Positions 1 to 10,196 of a stretch of DNA of 64,000 nucleotides are shown here, one piece after another (position 1 is the first letter of the stretch; each line of letters opens with the position of its first letter). The stretch is from Gammaproteobacteria bacterium (GTDB lineage Bacteria; Pseudomonadota; Gammaproteobacteria; JAJFKG01): the NCBI GenBank assembly GCA_965116795.1, contig OZ220716.1:1450503-1514502 (forward strand), in the 5' to 3' direction. The notes beneath the pieces were generated by a model. That model saw nothing but the letters and a program-made list of their open reading frames with translations, searched no databases and was not told the origin of the DNA. The position numbers and the translations under genes are program-made.

Positions 1-1149
1 TGCAATAGAAGCTTTAAAACTAGGACATGGTGGAATTAGCTATTTAGCAGATATATTGGGATGTGCGAGGCAAACCATATCAAAAGGGATATATGAATTA
101 GAGACTAATACCCTTGTTTCCAATGATCGTGTAAGGCGTCCTGGTGGAGGAAGAAAACCTCATACCACACAATACCCATCGATTAATAAATCTTTTTTAA
201 AATGTAATTGATAAACATATTGCCGGAGACCCAGTAAGCGGCGGCAATAAATGGCTTAAATTAACTCAGCAAGATATTATGGGCTTGCTAAAAAATAAAG
301 GCATTGCTGTTAGTTATAATATTGTGAGAAAGCTACTTAAATCAAATAATTTTGTTAGGAGAAAAATGCTTGGAAAAAAGAGTTGTGGTACTTTTGAAAA
401 GAGGAATGAACAATTTGATTATATCAACACCAAACTAAAGAAATTTAGCACAACTAAAAACCCTATTATAAGCATGGATACTAAAAAAATAGAATATTTA
501 GGTAATATTTATAAAGCAGGTAAGACATACTGTACTAAACCAATTGAAGTTTATGATCATACCAACAACAGTTTGATTGAGGGAGTTGCTATTCCCCATG
601 GCATTTATGATTTAAATAGGGAAGAAGTTTATATTAATATTGGTAAACATCATGGAACCACCAGATTTGTATGTGATTCTATTAAGCAATGGTGGGAAAA
701 ATATGGAAAAATCCATTATCCACAAGCTGATGAAATACTTATTTTTTGTGATGCAGGTGGTGCTAATTCATGGCGTATAAATGTTTTTAAAGTTGAACTC
801 AATAAGCTTTGTAATGAGTTAAAAATCAAGATCACTATATGTCATTATCCTCCGTATACATCAAAATGGAATCCGATTGAGCATCGTGTATTTCCTCATA
901 TAGCCAGATCTTTAGAGGGAGCCGTTCTTAGAACACATCAACAAGTTAAGACTTTAATTGAAAGTGCAAGAAGAAAAGGATTAGAAGTAAAAGCAAATAT
1001 AACTAACAAAAAATATTTGCTCCAGCCTTCTGTACCCAAAAGTGCTTTAGAGGATATTAATATTATTTATGATGGTTCCGTTCATGGTTTTAATTATTCT
1101 TTAGTCCCTATCGCCACTTAAAATGTTAACTTTATTTCGTGGGCATTCC
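1..1149 (+). mobile_element. ISAzo13-family IS (left end outside window); transposase frameshifted near 193-202
   Basis: Frame 2 from base 2 reads AIEALKLGHGGISY...RVRRPGGGRK (ISAzo13 N-terminus) and stops at 209. The DDE part is in another frame. Right IR TTATTTCGTGGGCATTCC ends at 1149. Confidence 0.85.
279..1121 (+). CDS. ISAzo13-family DDE transposase, catalytic portion
   Basis: Motifs ISMDTKK, PHGIYD, DAGGAN, HYPPYTSKWNPIEHR. Confidence 0.88.
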   Translation: MGLLKNKGIAVSYNIVRKLLKSNNFVRRKMLGKKSCGTFEKRNEQFDYINTKLKKFSTTKNPIISMDTKKIEYLGNIYKAGKTYCTKPIEVYDHTNNSLIEGVAIPHGIYDLNREEVYINIGKHHGTTRFVCDSIKQWWEKYGKIHYPQADEILIFCDAGGANSWRINVFKVELNKLCNELKIKITICHYPPYTSKWNPIEHRVFPHIARSLEGAVLRTHQQVKTLIESARRKGLEVKANITNKKYLLQPSVPKSALEDINIIYDGSVHGFNYSLVPIAT

Positions 1150-2343
1150 ACGTAATAATAATAACAGTAAGATACACTAACGTCAGTTACTGTGTAAATT
1201 ACTTTAATTATAAATTAATTTAATTTAAGTACCGCTTTATTTAATAACCCACTCAGCCTATCACGTATACTCCCTTGTGCTATTTTGTCTTTGCATACAG
1301 ACGAACACCCAAAGCAAACACACACGTAACGCCAACAAGATGAACATTCATCATACCTCTGTCACTTACCTCATTTCCCTCACTTCGCTTACCTCATTGC
1401 CACTAACGCCATTTCACTTCAATTTCACGCTTAACATCACCATCAAGAGATAATTAGCGCAGGTGTTAAAAGATAATAGCCTTAAAACGCCCATAGGCAT
1501 GCTTTAAACGCGCTAACTCTTTTTGTTAATGTATTGCCATTGCTTAACACAACATCGTCTCTTGAAGCGCTTATACGACGTTTTTGTTGTTTAACAAAAT
1601 TAACGCTTGCAAAATACTTAACACACAAAAATATTTTTGATGCAGAAGTAAAACAAGTAGCGGTCATTGTTTTTTTTGATCACACACTTGTGTACTCCGG
1701 TTGTGCAAGTAGATCACCAGTGAAACGAAAAGACATAAGACAAGCGCAAAGATAATAGGGCTTGTTTAAATTAGAAATATTCATGGCAGAGGGTAAAAAC
1801 AAATATCCACCAAACGCCGACAAATAGTTTTAAATGCGTTAAACATTTTTATTAAATTTTCTCATTACTTGCCACGATATCGTTGTTTAAATCGCTGGTG
1901 TGGCGTGTTAAGCCAATCACGTTACTTGCGTGACTAACACACAGTGCTAACACATCACATTTTTGTGTGCAGAAGTTAAAATAATCAACAACAGGCTCAT
2001 TTTTTATGAGTTGTCATCCCCAATGCCCACCCACAATAGGGTTACAACTTTTGCTATTTTTACTTGTGATGAATTTTAATGCAGCGTGTTTTCTTACAGT
2101 ATTATGCGGTTATCGTGTTACATCTTATATGATACAAAAACCGCAATTCGTGGTAGACTTTTCGCTATGGTTGACAGAGGTGGCACAGGGGAGCCGCTGG
2201 CGGATTTGCAAGAAGGTAAAACCAACGTCGAAACACCGCTATCCATCTCACAACACAGCATGACAGGCGTTAACAGAGGGCACAAAGAAGCGAGAGACGA
2301 ATGACGGTCGATAAAAGAAATATCTGGAATATCAAATGGTTAC

Positions 2344-2570
2344 GGGTCCTTCCTGAAGCTAAAAGGCATACGGGCTCCTAGAGCGCAATATTTCGTTAGC
2401 GATAGACCAAAAAAAGTGGTTCGCGGTTCGCGCCTAACATCCCAACACACACGACGTAACACGTTGAATCTTATTTAAAAATTGATGACGCATGACACAT
2501 TTAGGTGCGAACCTAACACCGATGTGATTCGTGCTTAGTACAATATGGTTCGCACTTTCTTCTGCGAACC
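2344..2570 (+). other. Lambda-type cos packaging site (cosQ, cosN-like, cosB-like repeats)
   Basis: TTACGGGTCCT (lambda cosQ GGGTCCT at 2344-2350). TACG-GGCTCCTAGAG-CGC about 22 nt downstream. GGTTCGC/GCGAACC repeats at 2418, 2425, 2507, 2547, 2564, just upstream of the packaging genes. Confidence 0.65.
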
Positions 2571-2612
2571 CTTTTCTAAATTTCTTTTATCAACACCAAC
2601 AGGTTTTATCAA

Positions 2613-3905
2613 ATGGAACTAACCGTTCAACACACACCGGTTACCGATTTAATTCCCTATGCCCGCAATGCGCGTACGCATAGTGATGTACAGGTGGCAC
2701 AAATTGCCGCGTCCATTATGGAGTTTGGGTTCGTCAATCCTGTATTGATTGGCAATGATAATGTCATCATTGCTGGTCATGGCCGTGTACTAGCGGCACA
2801 GAAGTTAGATATGAAAACGGTGCCAACCATTATGCTGGTTCACCTAAATGAAAATCAACGCCATGCGTTAGTGATTGCCGATAACAAGCTAGCGGAGAAT
2901 GCCAGCTGGGATGAAACATTACTGCGTTTGGAATTACAAAGCTTAATTGATGATGATTTCAATGTGGATTTGTTAGGGTTTGACGATGTTGATTTGGATG
3001 CCTTGCTGGATGGCTTGGATGATGAAGATAATACGACATCGGCTACTGAAGAGGCTTTGCCAGAGCCGCAAACTAATCCGGTTAGCCAATTAGGACAACT
3101 GTGGGTGTTAGGTGATCATCGCCTGTTCTGTGGTGATGCCACAGTGCTTGCCAGTTATCAAACGCTGATGCAAGCAGAGAGTGCTCATATGGTGTTTACC
3201 GATCCACCCTATAACGTTAACTTTGGTGATCCAAAAAGAGGATCATTGGTGCAGCGTACACTCAGCAAAACCAGTCATCCGATTTTAAATGATAACTTAG
3301 GCAAAGAGTTTGACACGTTTATCCGTGATGCGTGTGCGCATATGCTCGCCTATACGCAAGGTGCGTTTTATATTTGCATGGGACTCAGTGAGCTAGAGAC
3401 GCTTAAGCGTGCCTTTTGCGAGGCAGGCGGTCGCTATTCTACGTGCATTATGTGGGTAAAGAATCGCTTTGTGTTAGGCCATGCGGATTATCATAATCAG
3501 TACGAACCTATCCTCTACGGTTGGAAAGAGGGTAGCGATCATTATTGGTGTGGTGCACGCGATCAAAGCAATGTGTGGTGTTATGACATCATGTATAAGA
3601 ATCACTTACACCCAACGATGAAGCCAGTGGAATTGGTCAGTCGTGCGATTGAGAACTCCAGTCAACGAGGGGAGGTAGTATTAGATCCCTTTGCGGGTTC
3701 GGGTACAACGTTAATTGCGGCTGAACAAAACGGGCGATATGCCCGATTAATGGAACTTAATCCCTGCTATGTGGATGTCATTATTCAACGTTGGCAGATG
3801 TTGACAGGACAACAGGCTTATCTTGAAGAGACTAAACAAGCCTATGATGAGTTGTTAGCGTTAGCGCGAGATGAAGCAACTGATGTTGATGGAAAAGAGG
3901 ATTAA
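2613..3905 (+). CDS. Phage DNA methyltransferase (N4/N6) with N-terminal ParB/Srx-like domain
   Basis: PYARNARTH...IIAGHGR (ParB-like); DPPY, HPTMKP, DPFAGSG methyltransferase motifs. Confidence 0.9.
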   Translation: MELTVQHTPVTDLIPYARNARTHSDVQVAQIAASIMEFGFVNPVLIGNDNVIIAGHGRVLAAQKLDMKTVPTIMLVHLNENQRHALVIADNKLAENASWDETLLRLELQSLIDDDFNVDLLGFDDVDLDALLDGLDDEDNTTSATEEALPEPQTNPVSQLGQLWVLGDHRLFCGDATVLASYQTLMQAESAHMVFTDPPYNVNFGDPKRGSLVQRTLSKTSHPILNDNLGKEFDTFIRDACAHMLAYTQGAFYICMGLSELETLKRAFCEAGGRYSTCIMWVKNRFVLGHADYHNQYEPILYGWKEGSDHYWCGARDQSNVWCYDIMYKNHLHPTMKPVELVSRAIENSSQRGEVVLDPFAGSGTTLIAAEQNGRYARLMELNPCYVDVIIQRWQMLTGQQAYLEETKQAYDELLALARDEATDVDGKED

Positions 3906-3910
3906 ATCGT

Positions 3911-4444
3911 ATGGGGATCTCGATTCGTGAATATGCCAGACGCCGCGGTGTCAGTGATATGGCAGTGCGTAAAGCGATTAAACAAGGACGTATTCATAAA
4001 GAAGCCGATGGCACGATTGATAGTGAGCGTGCTGACAAAGACTGGTTAACGAATACGGTATCTCCCCAATTAAAATCGGTTCCCAAAGCGGCACTCGATG
4101 CTGTCAGTGCGACGTTACGTGAAGATGATAAGTCAACGGATGCATCAGGTAATACGTATTTAGAAGCGAAAACAGCCAATGAAATTATCAAGGCTCGGAT
4201 TAACCGATTGCGTTACCAGCAACTAAAAGGCGAACTGATTGCACGCAAGTTAGCGTGTGATCATGTTTTTCAATTGGGACGTCAAGAGCGCGATGCGTGG
4301 CTCACTTGGCCTGCACGGGTGGCCAGTCAAATGGCGGCTGAGACAGTAGATTTAAACCAGGCCTGTCAGTTACAAATTGTGCTTGAGCGTTATGTGCATG
4401 AACATTTGTCCGCATTAAGCGAAATTGAACCGGATTTTGATTAA
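3911..4444 (+). CDS. Terminase small subunit-like protein
   Basis: N-terminal HTH (SIREYARRRGVSDMAVRKAI); directly upstream of the large terminase. Confidence 0.75.
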   Translation: MGISIREYARRRGVSDMAVRKAIKQGRIHKEADGTIDSERADKDWLTNTVSPQLKSVPKAALDAVSATLREDDKSTDASGNTYLEAKTANEIIKARINRLRYQQLKGELIARKLACDHVFQLGRQERDAWLTWPARVASQMAAETVDLNQACQLQIVLERYVHEHLSALSEIEPDFD

Positions 4445-4465
4445 GGTAAATGAAGTGAACAGCGT

Positions 4466-6493
4466 ATGCGTGAACAAGATGTCATTGATGCTTGGCAATT
4501 AAGCTTAAAGCCCGATCCGTTATTAACGATTTCCGAGTGGGCGGATGAGCATCGTACCTTGTCACCGAAAGCCGCTGCTGAACCTGGGCGTTGGCGTACC
4601 CATCGCACACCGTATTTGCGTGAGATTATGGATGCGTTATCCCCGCACTCGCCGATTCAGCGAGTTATCTTTATGAAAGGTGCGCAGATTGGTGGGACTG
4701 AGGCCGGAAATAATTGGATTGGCTATGTCATTCATTTATCGCCTGCGCCAATGATGGCCGTGGCTCCAACAACGGAGTTAGCTAAACGTAATTCTAAGCA
4801 GCGTATTGATCCACTTATTGAAGATTGTGCCGCATTAAAGGAACGGGTTAAGCCAGCACGTTCACGTGATTCAGGCAATACCGTGTTATCAAAAGACTTC
4901 CCAGGCGGCGTGTTGGTAATGACTGGAGCTAACTCGGCTGTTGGGTTACGCTCCATGCCAGCACGTTATCTATTTATGGATGAAGTGGACGGTTATCCTG
5001 GCGATATTGAGGGTGAAGGCGATCCGATTGTATTAGCCGAAAGACGTAGTGCAACGTTTCAAACACGACGCAAAATATTTTTAGTCAGCACACCAACGCT
5101 CAAAGGCTTATCACGGATTAACCGTGAATTTGAGCAGACTGACCAGCGTTACTATCATATACCATGTCCACATTGTCAGCATTTGCAAGCATTACGTTTT
5201 GGTCAATTACGTTGGGAAGAAGGGTGTCCTGTTGATGTTACTTACCAATGTGAATCATGCGATGAACACATTGCAGAGCACTATAAAACAGATTTATTAG
5301 CCAACGGTAAATGGGTGGCTACGAATGATAACCCGCAACAACGTCATACCGTCGGTTATCACTTATCAAGTTTGTATAGCCCGATTGGGTGGTTTAGTTG
5401 GTCGGATGCCGCCAATTTATATGAACAAGCCAAAGCGCATCCTGAGCTGATGAAAAGTTTTGTCAATACTGTATTAGGAGAGCCGTATGAAGAAGAACAC
5501 GATGCACCGGACTGGGAAGCAATTTACTGCAGACGCGAAACGTATCCACAAGGTATTGTCCCGCATGGTGGATTGTTTCTTACAGCTGGTGTTGATATTC
5601 AAAAGGATCGTATTGAATGTGAAGTCACTGCTTGGTCTCGTGATAAGCAAAGCTGGTCGGTTGATTATAAAGTGTTGGCAGGCGATACAGCGCGCTTGGA
5701 AGTCTGGCAAGCATTAGAAAAAGTTTTACAAAAAGATTGGCCACATGCTTCAGGTCATACGTTACCTATCAGAGTGATGGCGGTAGATAGCGGTTATGCT
5801 ACTCAAGAAGTGTATAACTGGGTACGTCAACACTCACAAGCGATTTGGGGTGGCGGCGGTGCCAGAGCCAATCAACCACGTACGGTTGTGGCGGTCAAAG
5901 GCAGTGACAGAGATACGGCATTAATATTAAGTGCCTCTAAAACAGAACTCAGCGGTAAACGTCGTGGATTGCGTGTATGGAATGTCTCCAGCTCCATTGC
6001 CAAGGTAGAATTGTACCGCTGGTTAAAGTTGGAATGTCTCATTAGCGATGATGAGTCTCAACCTACTGGCGCTCCGGCAGGTTATTGTCATTTCCCGCAA
6101 TATGAGCCAGAGTATTTCAAACAACTGACAGCCGAGAAGCGCATTATTCGCGTACACCGCGGTTATCCTAAAGCCGTGTGGGAGAAAGACCCAACGCGGC
6201 GTAACGAAGCGTTAGATTGTCGCGTGTATGCCAGAGCGGCGGCGAGCATTTATGGATTAGACCGGTTTAATGAACATCACTGGCAACAGTTTGAAGCGGC
6301 ATTAGGTAAACCGGTGCCAGAAAAAAGTGATGCAGTGACATCAGCGTTAACAACAACACCAACAAAAGTTGTCACAACACCACCATCGGGTAGAAGTGCC
6401 TTCTTGCGGGCGATGATACAACAACGCCCCATGCAATTATCGGATGACCCGTATTTACAAGGGGACGATGATTTTGATACGTCTGATTTTTAA
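4466..6493 (+). CDS. Terminase large subunit (lambda gpA family)
   Basis: RTPYLREIM, KGAQIGGTE, DEVD Walker B, STPT, CPHC/CESC, RNEALDC. Confidence 0.95.
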   Translation: MREQDVIDAWQLSLKPDPLLTISEWADEHRTLSPKAAAEPGRWRTHRTPYLREIMDALSPHSPIQRVIFMKGAQIGGTEAGNNWIGYVIHLSPAPMMAVAPTTELAKRNSKQRIDPLIEDCAALKERVKPARSRDSGNTVLSKDFPGGVLVMTGANSAVGLRSMPARYLFMDEVDGYPGDIEGEGDPIVLAERRSATFQTRRKIFLVSTPTLKGLSRINREFEQTDQRYYHIPCPHCQHLQALRFGQLRWEEGCPVDVTYQCESCDEHIAEHYKTDLLANGKWVATNDNPQQRHTVGYHLSSLYSPIGWFSWSDAANLYEQAKAHPELMKSFVNTVLGEPYEEEHDAPDWEAIYCRRETYPQGIVPHGGLFLTAGVDIQKDRIECEVTAWSRDKQSWSVDYKVLAGDTARLEVWQALEKVLQKDWPHASGHTLPIRVMAVDSGYATQEVYNWVRQHSQAIWGGGGARANQPRTVVAVKGSDRDTALILSASKTELSGKRRGLRVWNVSSSIAKVELYRWLKLECLISDDESQPTGAPAGYCHFPQYEPEYFKQLTAEKRIIRVHRGYPKAVWEKDPTRRNEALDCRVYARAAASIYGLDRFNEHHWQQFEAALGKPVPEKSDAVTSALTTTPTKVVTTPPSGRSAFLRAMIQQRPMQLSDDPYLQGDDDFDTSDF

Positions 6494-6536
6494 TATCACA
6501 CAGTATGTTAATAAAGAAATTGTAGAGTAAGTAACA

Positions 6537-6770
6537 ATGCCAATAACGGACTTAACCACATTGCAAACCAGATTGCAAGAAGCGGATGATGCTTATCATT
6601 TATTAATGACAGGCCAGCAAGAAGTCAGTGTGCACATCGATGGCTATGGGGCTGTCACCTACACTTCCGCCAACATGACACAGTTAGAGCGCTACATTAC
6701 CAATTTAAAGATGATGCTCTCTCAGCAATCCGGTCGTGGTGGGCGTAAAGCCATTTTTGTCGAGTTTTAA
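6537..6770 (+). CDS. Head-tail joining protein (gpW-like)
   Basis: 77 aa between terminase and portal; AYHLLMTG...VTY...LERYI pattern. Confidence 0.8.
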   Translation: MPITDLTTLQTRLQEADDAYHLLMTGQQEVSVHIDGYGAVTYTSANMTQLERYITNLKMMLSQQSGRGGRKAIFVEF

Positions 6771-6771
6771 T

Positions 6772-8298
6772 ATGCGCATGCATCCAAGCAAACACGCTGA
6801 CACCGCGCACCGCGGTGCATCGCATACCGCTAGCGAATTACGCTCCTGGCAACCACCTAAAGGGTCAGCCGACAGTGATTTGTTACCTGAATTAGATACC
6901 TTAGTATCGCGCTCACGTGACTTAGTTCGCAATCATGGTGTTGCCAGTGGTGCCATTCAAACGTTAACAGACAACATTGTTGGCTCAGGGTTACGTTTAG
7001 CGGCACGGCCTGATTATGTTCTACTCGGTAAAACAAAAGAATGGGCCGATGACTGGGCACGGCAAGTGGAATCTCACTTTCGTACCTGGGCCGAGTCAAC
7101 AATGTGTGATGCGGCTAATTCACTGACCTTTGCAGGACTCACGATACAGATATTTCGTTCCTCCCTATTAAACGGCGAAGCGTTAGCACTGCCATTGTGG
7201 TTACCCAACAGAGGTGACTTTGCCACAACACTACAATTAGTAGAACCCGATAGATTAAGCAATCCTAACGGTAAACAAGATAATCAAACGTTGCGCGGTG
7301 GGATTGAAATTGACAAATACGGTGCACCAGTGGCGTATTGGATTAAACGTACCCATCCTGGTGATACATTTATGTTGGCACAAGATGATGATTGGCAACG
7401 ACTTTCAGCGACGACAAAGTTTGGTCGCCAACGAGTGATACATATTCATGACAAAGAACGTACCGGACAAACCCGTGGCAAACCGTTATTAACCAGCGTA
7501 CTGCCGTTATTTAAAACCCTTGACCATTACGAGCGCAGTGAATTACAAGCCGCTGTTGTTAATGCGATGATTGCCGCCTTCGTTGAAACCCCACTGGATA
7601 ACGATGCCATTAGCGATTTATTTGGGGGTGACGTTAATGATTACATGAAAGCGCGCAATGAATGGCGATTACGCTTGCAAAGTGGTGCCATTATTCCAGT
7701 CTTTCCTGGCGATAAGGTGTCGGCGTTTACACCAAGTCGGCCTAACAGTGGTTATGGCCAGTTCGTTGAGAATGTATTACGGCATATTGGCGCCGGACTT
7801 AACTTGCCCTTTGAACTGTTAATGAAGGATTTTTCTAAGACGAACTACTCCAGTGCTCGCGCTGCGCTAATGGAAGCGTGGCGCTTTTTTTCAGGGCGTC
7901 GGCAATGGTTAGCCACGTACTGGGCAAGACCCGTGTATGCACTGTGGTTAGAAGAAGCGATTAACAAAGGATTAATTGAAGCCCCACACTTCTATCAACA
8001 AAAACAAGCCTGGACACGCTCCAAATGGATTGGTTCAGGACGTGGGTGGATTGACCCTGTTAAAGAAGCGACAGCCTCGCAAATTCGAATGGACATAGGG
8101 TTATCGACTTTAGAAGAAGAATGTGCGGCACAAGGATTAGATTGGGAAGAAGTATTAGAACAAAGAGCCCGTGAGCAAGCCAAGCAACGGGAACTTGGAC
8201 TGGCACCAAACAATACCGTCACGCAAACGGGTGAGCCGTCACATCATGAGGATGACAATGAAAGCAATGAAAGTGGAAACGACAATGGAAAGGACTAA
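6772..8298 (+). CDS. Portal protein, lambda family
   Basis: RSRDLVRN, GQTRGKP, NYSSARAAL, GWIDPVKE. Confidence 0.95.
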   Translation: MRMHPSKHADTAHRGASHTASELRSWQPPKGSADSDLLPELDTLVSRSRDLVRNHGVASGAIQTLTDNIVGSGLRLAARPDYVLLGKTKEWADDWARQVESHFRTWAESTMCDAANSLTFAGLTIQIFRSSLLNGEALALPLWLPNRGDFATTLQLVEPDRLSNPNGKQDNQTLRGGIEIDKYGAPVAYWIKRTHPGDTFMLAQDDDWQRLSATTKFGRQRVIHIHDKERTGQTRGKPLLTSVLPLFKTLDHYERSELQAAVVNAMIAAFVETPLDNDAISDLFGGDVNDYMKARNEWRLRLQSGAIIPVFPGDKVSAFTPSRPNSGYGQFVENVLRHIGAGLNLPFELLMKDFSKTNYSSARAALMEAWRFFSGRRQWLATYWARPVYALWLEEAINKGLIEAPHFYQQKQAWTRSKWIGSGRGWIDPVKEATASQIRMDIGLSTLEEECAAQGLDWEEVLEQRAREQAKQRELGLAPNNTVTQTGEPSHHEDDNESNESGNDNGKD

Positions 8299-8503
8299 GC
8301 GGTGGTTGTATTGGGTGGATATAGCGTTAATTTTTTCAGGGTTAGCCGCCGTTGTTCTTTTAATGTTGACGTACTTGTGGCATTTAATCACGCCGCTTGC
8401 CTATTTGTCATTACACCAACTGCAAGAAATCAGACACATTCTGTTGAGTGCCGTGCTAACCGGCATTTTGTCGTCAAGGTTCAGAAAACTTCAAAAATCT
8501 TGA
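8285..8503 (+). CDS. Small membrane protein inserted between portal and protease
   Basis: 72 aa with hydrophobic segments (DIALIFSGLAAVVLLMLTYLW); overlaps the portal stop. Confidence 0.5.
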   Translation: MERTKRWLYWVDIALIFSGLAAVVLLMLTYLWHLITPLAYLSLHQLQEIRHILLSAVLTGILSSRFRKLQKS

Positions 8504-8577
8504 TAATAGGTGAAGGTGTTTCCGTGTGTCGGGAACCCTGCAAACAATCCCTGCATTAACTCAAAAAGGAATATACT

Positions 8578-9759
8578 ATGCGCGCTTGGAACAAAGCCAC
8601 TGGTGAGCCGTGGGCAATTACCCATAATGCTTTAAGCAACATACTCGATATTGCGGCAAGACAAAACCAGTCACCAGAAGTCGTCGCTGCCAAGTTAGGA
8701 CGTGAGTTACAGAACACGCGCCAGATGACAATACAAAATGGCATTGCCATCATTCCTGTTGTGGGTGCGCTCTTTCGTTACGCCAACGTATTTACCCAAG
8801 TCAGTGGTGCCTCCTCGTATGAGTTAATTGCCACCGATTTTAGAGATGCCTTTGCGGATAAGGATGTGCAGTCCATTATATTAAACATCGATTCGCCTGG
8901 CGGTGAAGTCAATGGCTGTTGTGATTTAGCGCAAACCATTTATGAAGCACGTGGCAAGAAATCCATTATCGCCTACGCTTCAGGTGATGTGGCATCAGGC
9001 GCGTATTGGATAGCAAGCGCTTGTGACAATATCTTTGTTTCTAAAACCAGCAGTGTCGGTTCCATTGGCGTTGTCGGTGTGTATCGTGATAACAAAGATG
9101 ACAATAGCATTGAAATTGTGTCATCACAAAGTCCGCATAAGCGTGTTGACATACAAACTGATGATGGCCGCGCACGATTGCAACAACGCATTGATGCGAT
9201 GGCCACTGTGTTTATCAACGCGGTGGCAACATATCGCAACACTTCACCTGAATCAGTACAGCAACGTTACGGGGGTGGTGATGTATTTATTGGAGAAGAT
9301 GCCGTTAAGCACGGCTTAGCTGATAACATCAACACATTTGATAACTTGCTTGCTGGGCTGCAACAGCAAATTTCTCAACCCATTTATTCACACTCACAGG
9401 AGACATCCACTATGACTGATAAAATAACTGATATCACTGCATCAACCGATGCAGCAAATTTACTAGAAAAAGGCAAAGTGCAAGAACGTGCTCGCATTCA
9501 AGCTATCTTAACGTGTGACGTTGCCAAACATCGGCAACGATTAGCACAGCACTTGGCGTTTGCTACCAACATGGATGTGGAACTAGCCAAACAAACGTTA
9601 ACGTCTGCACCGACAGCATCACCCCAAACAAATGATACCACTGGCTTTCAAGCGGCCATGAACAAACTTGAAAACCCTGAGATTGTGCCAGGCAGTGCAG
9701 CAGATAATGATGAGCGCGATGAAATTGACAGCGTTGTTAAACGCATCGCGAGTTACTGA
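8578..9759 (+). CDS. S49 prohead protease/scaffold (gpC-like)
   Basis: IDSPGG, ASGAYWIAS, GSIGV; C-terminal ERARIQAIL scaffold segment. Confidence 0.92.
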   Translation: MRAWNKATGEPWAITHNALSNILDIAARQNQSPEVVAAKLGRELQNTRQMTIQNGIAIIPVVGALFRYANVFTQVSGASSYELIATDFRDAFADKDVQSIILNIDSPGGEVNGCCDLAQTIYEARGKKSIIAYASGDVASGAYWIASACDNIFVSKTSSVGSIGVVGVYRDNKDDNSIEIVSSQSPHKRVDIQTDDGRARLQQRIDAMATVFINAVATYRNTSPESVQQRYGGGDVFIGEDAVKHGLADNINTFDNLLAGLQQQISQPIYSHSQETSTMTDKITDITASTDAANLLEKGKVQERARIQAILTCDVAKHRQRLAQHLAFATNMDVELAKQTLTSAPTASPQTNDTTGFQAAMNKLENPEIVPGSAADNDERDEIDSVVKRIASY

Positions 9760-9808
9760 TGGCACTTTGGCTAATCGGATATCTATTAATTAAGCGGAGG
9801 AAACCAAC

Positions 9809-10192
9809 ATGAGCGCACAAGGCTTTACTGAGCAGGGGTCAATTACCCCCGATAATTTATTTGCAGGGGAATTTCCCTGTGTACAACGTACAGAGACTAT
9901 CACTGGTGGCATGAGGTTACCCCGTGGTGCGGTGTTAGGCCGCATCAACGACTCAGGCCTTTTTACATTAAGTAAATTACGTGCCAGTGATGGCTCCCAA
10001 CTCCCCGTTGCCATCTTAGCTGAAGACTGTGATGCGACTACTGATACCCAAGCGGTGGTCTATCATGCCGGAGAATTCAATGCCAAGGCCCTGACCTATG
10101 GCGAGGGTCACACGGCTAAGTCTGTGTGGGAGTGTCGACGTGCCGCGGCAGGTAACAACACCTTATTTCTACGTAACAATCAAGAGGCTTAA
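9809..10192 (+). CDS. Head decoration protein (gpD-like)
   Basis: RGAVLG, DGSQLPVAILAED, GEFN; position between protease and capsid. Confidence 0.88.
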   Translation: MSAQGFTEQGSITPDNLFAGEFPCVQRTETITGGMRLPRGAVLGRINDSGLFTLSKLRASDGSQLPVAILAEDCDATTDTQAVVYHAGEFNAKALTYGEGHTAKSVWECRRAAAGNNTLFLRNNQEA

Positions 10193-10196
10193 TCCT

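Noticed and set aside
1150-2340. Short ORFs and weak internal repeats (TGCAGAAGT, TTACCTCATT) upstream of cos
   Set aside because: No recognisable motifs and the repeats are too degenerate to interpret; may be a late-promoter region.
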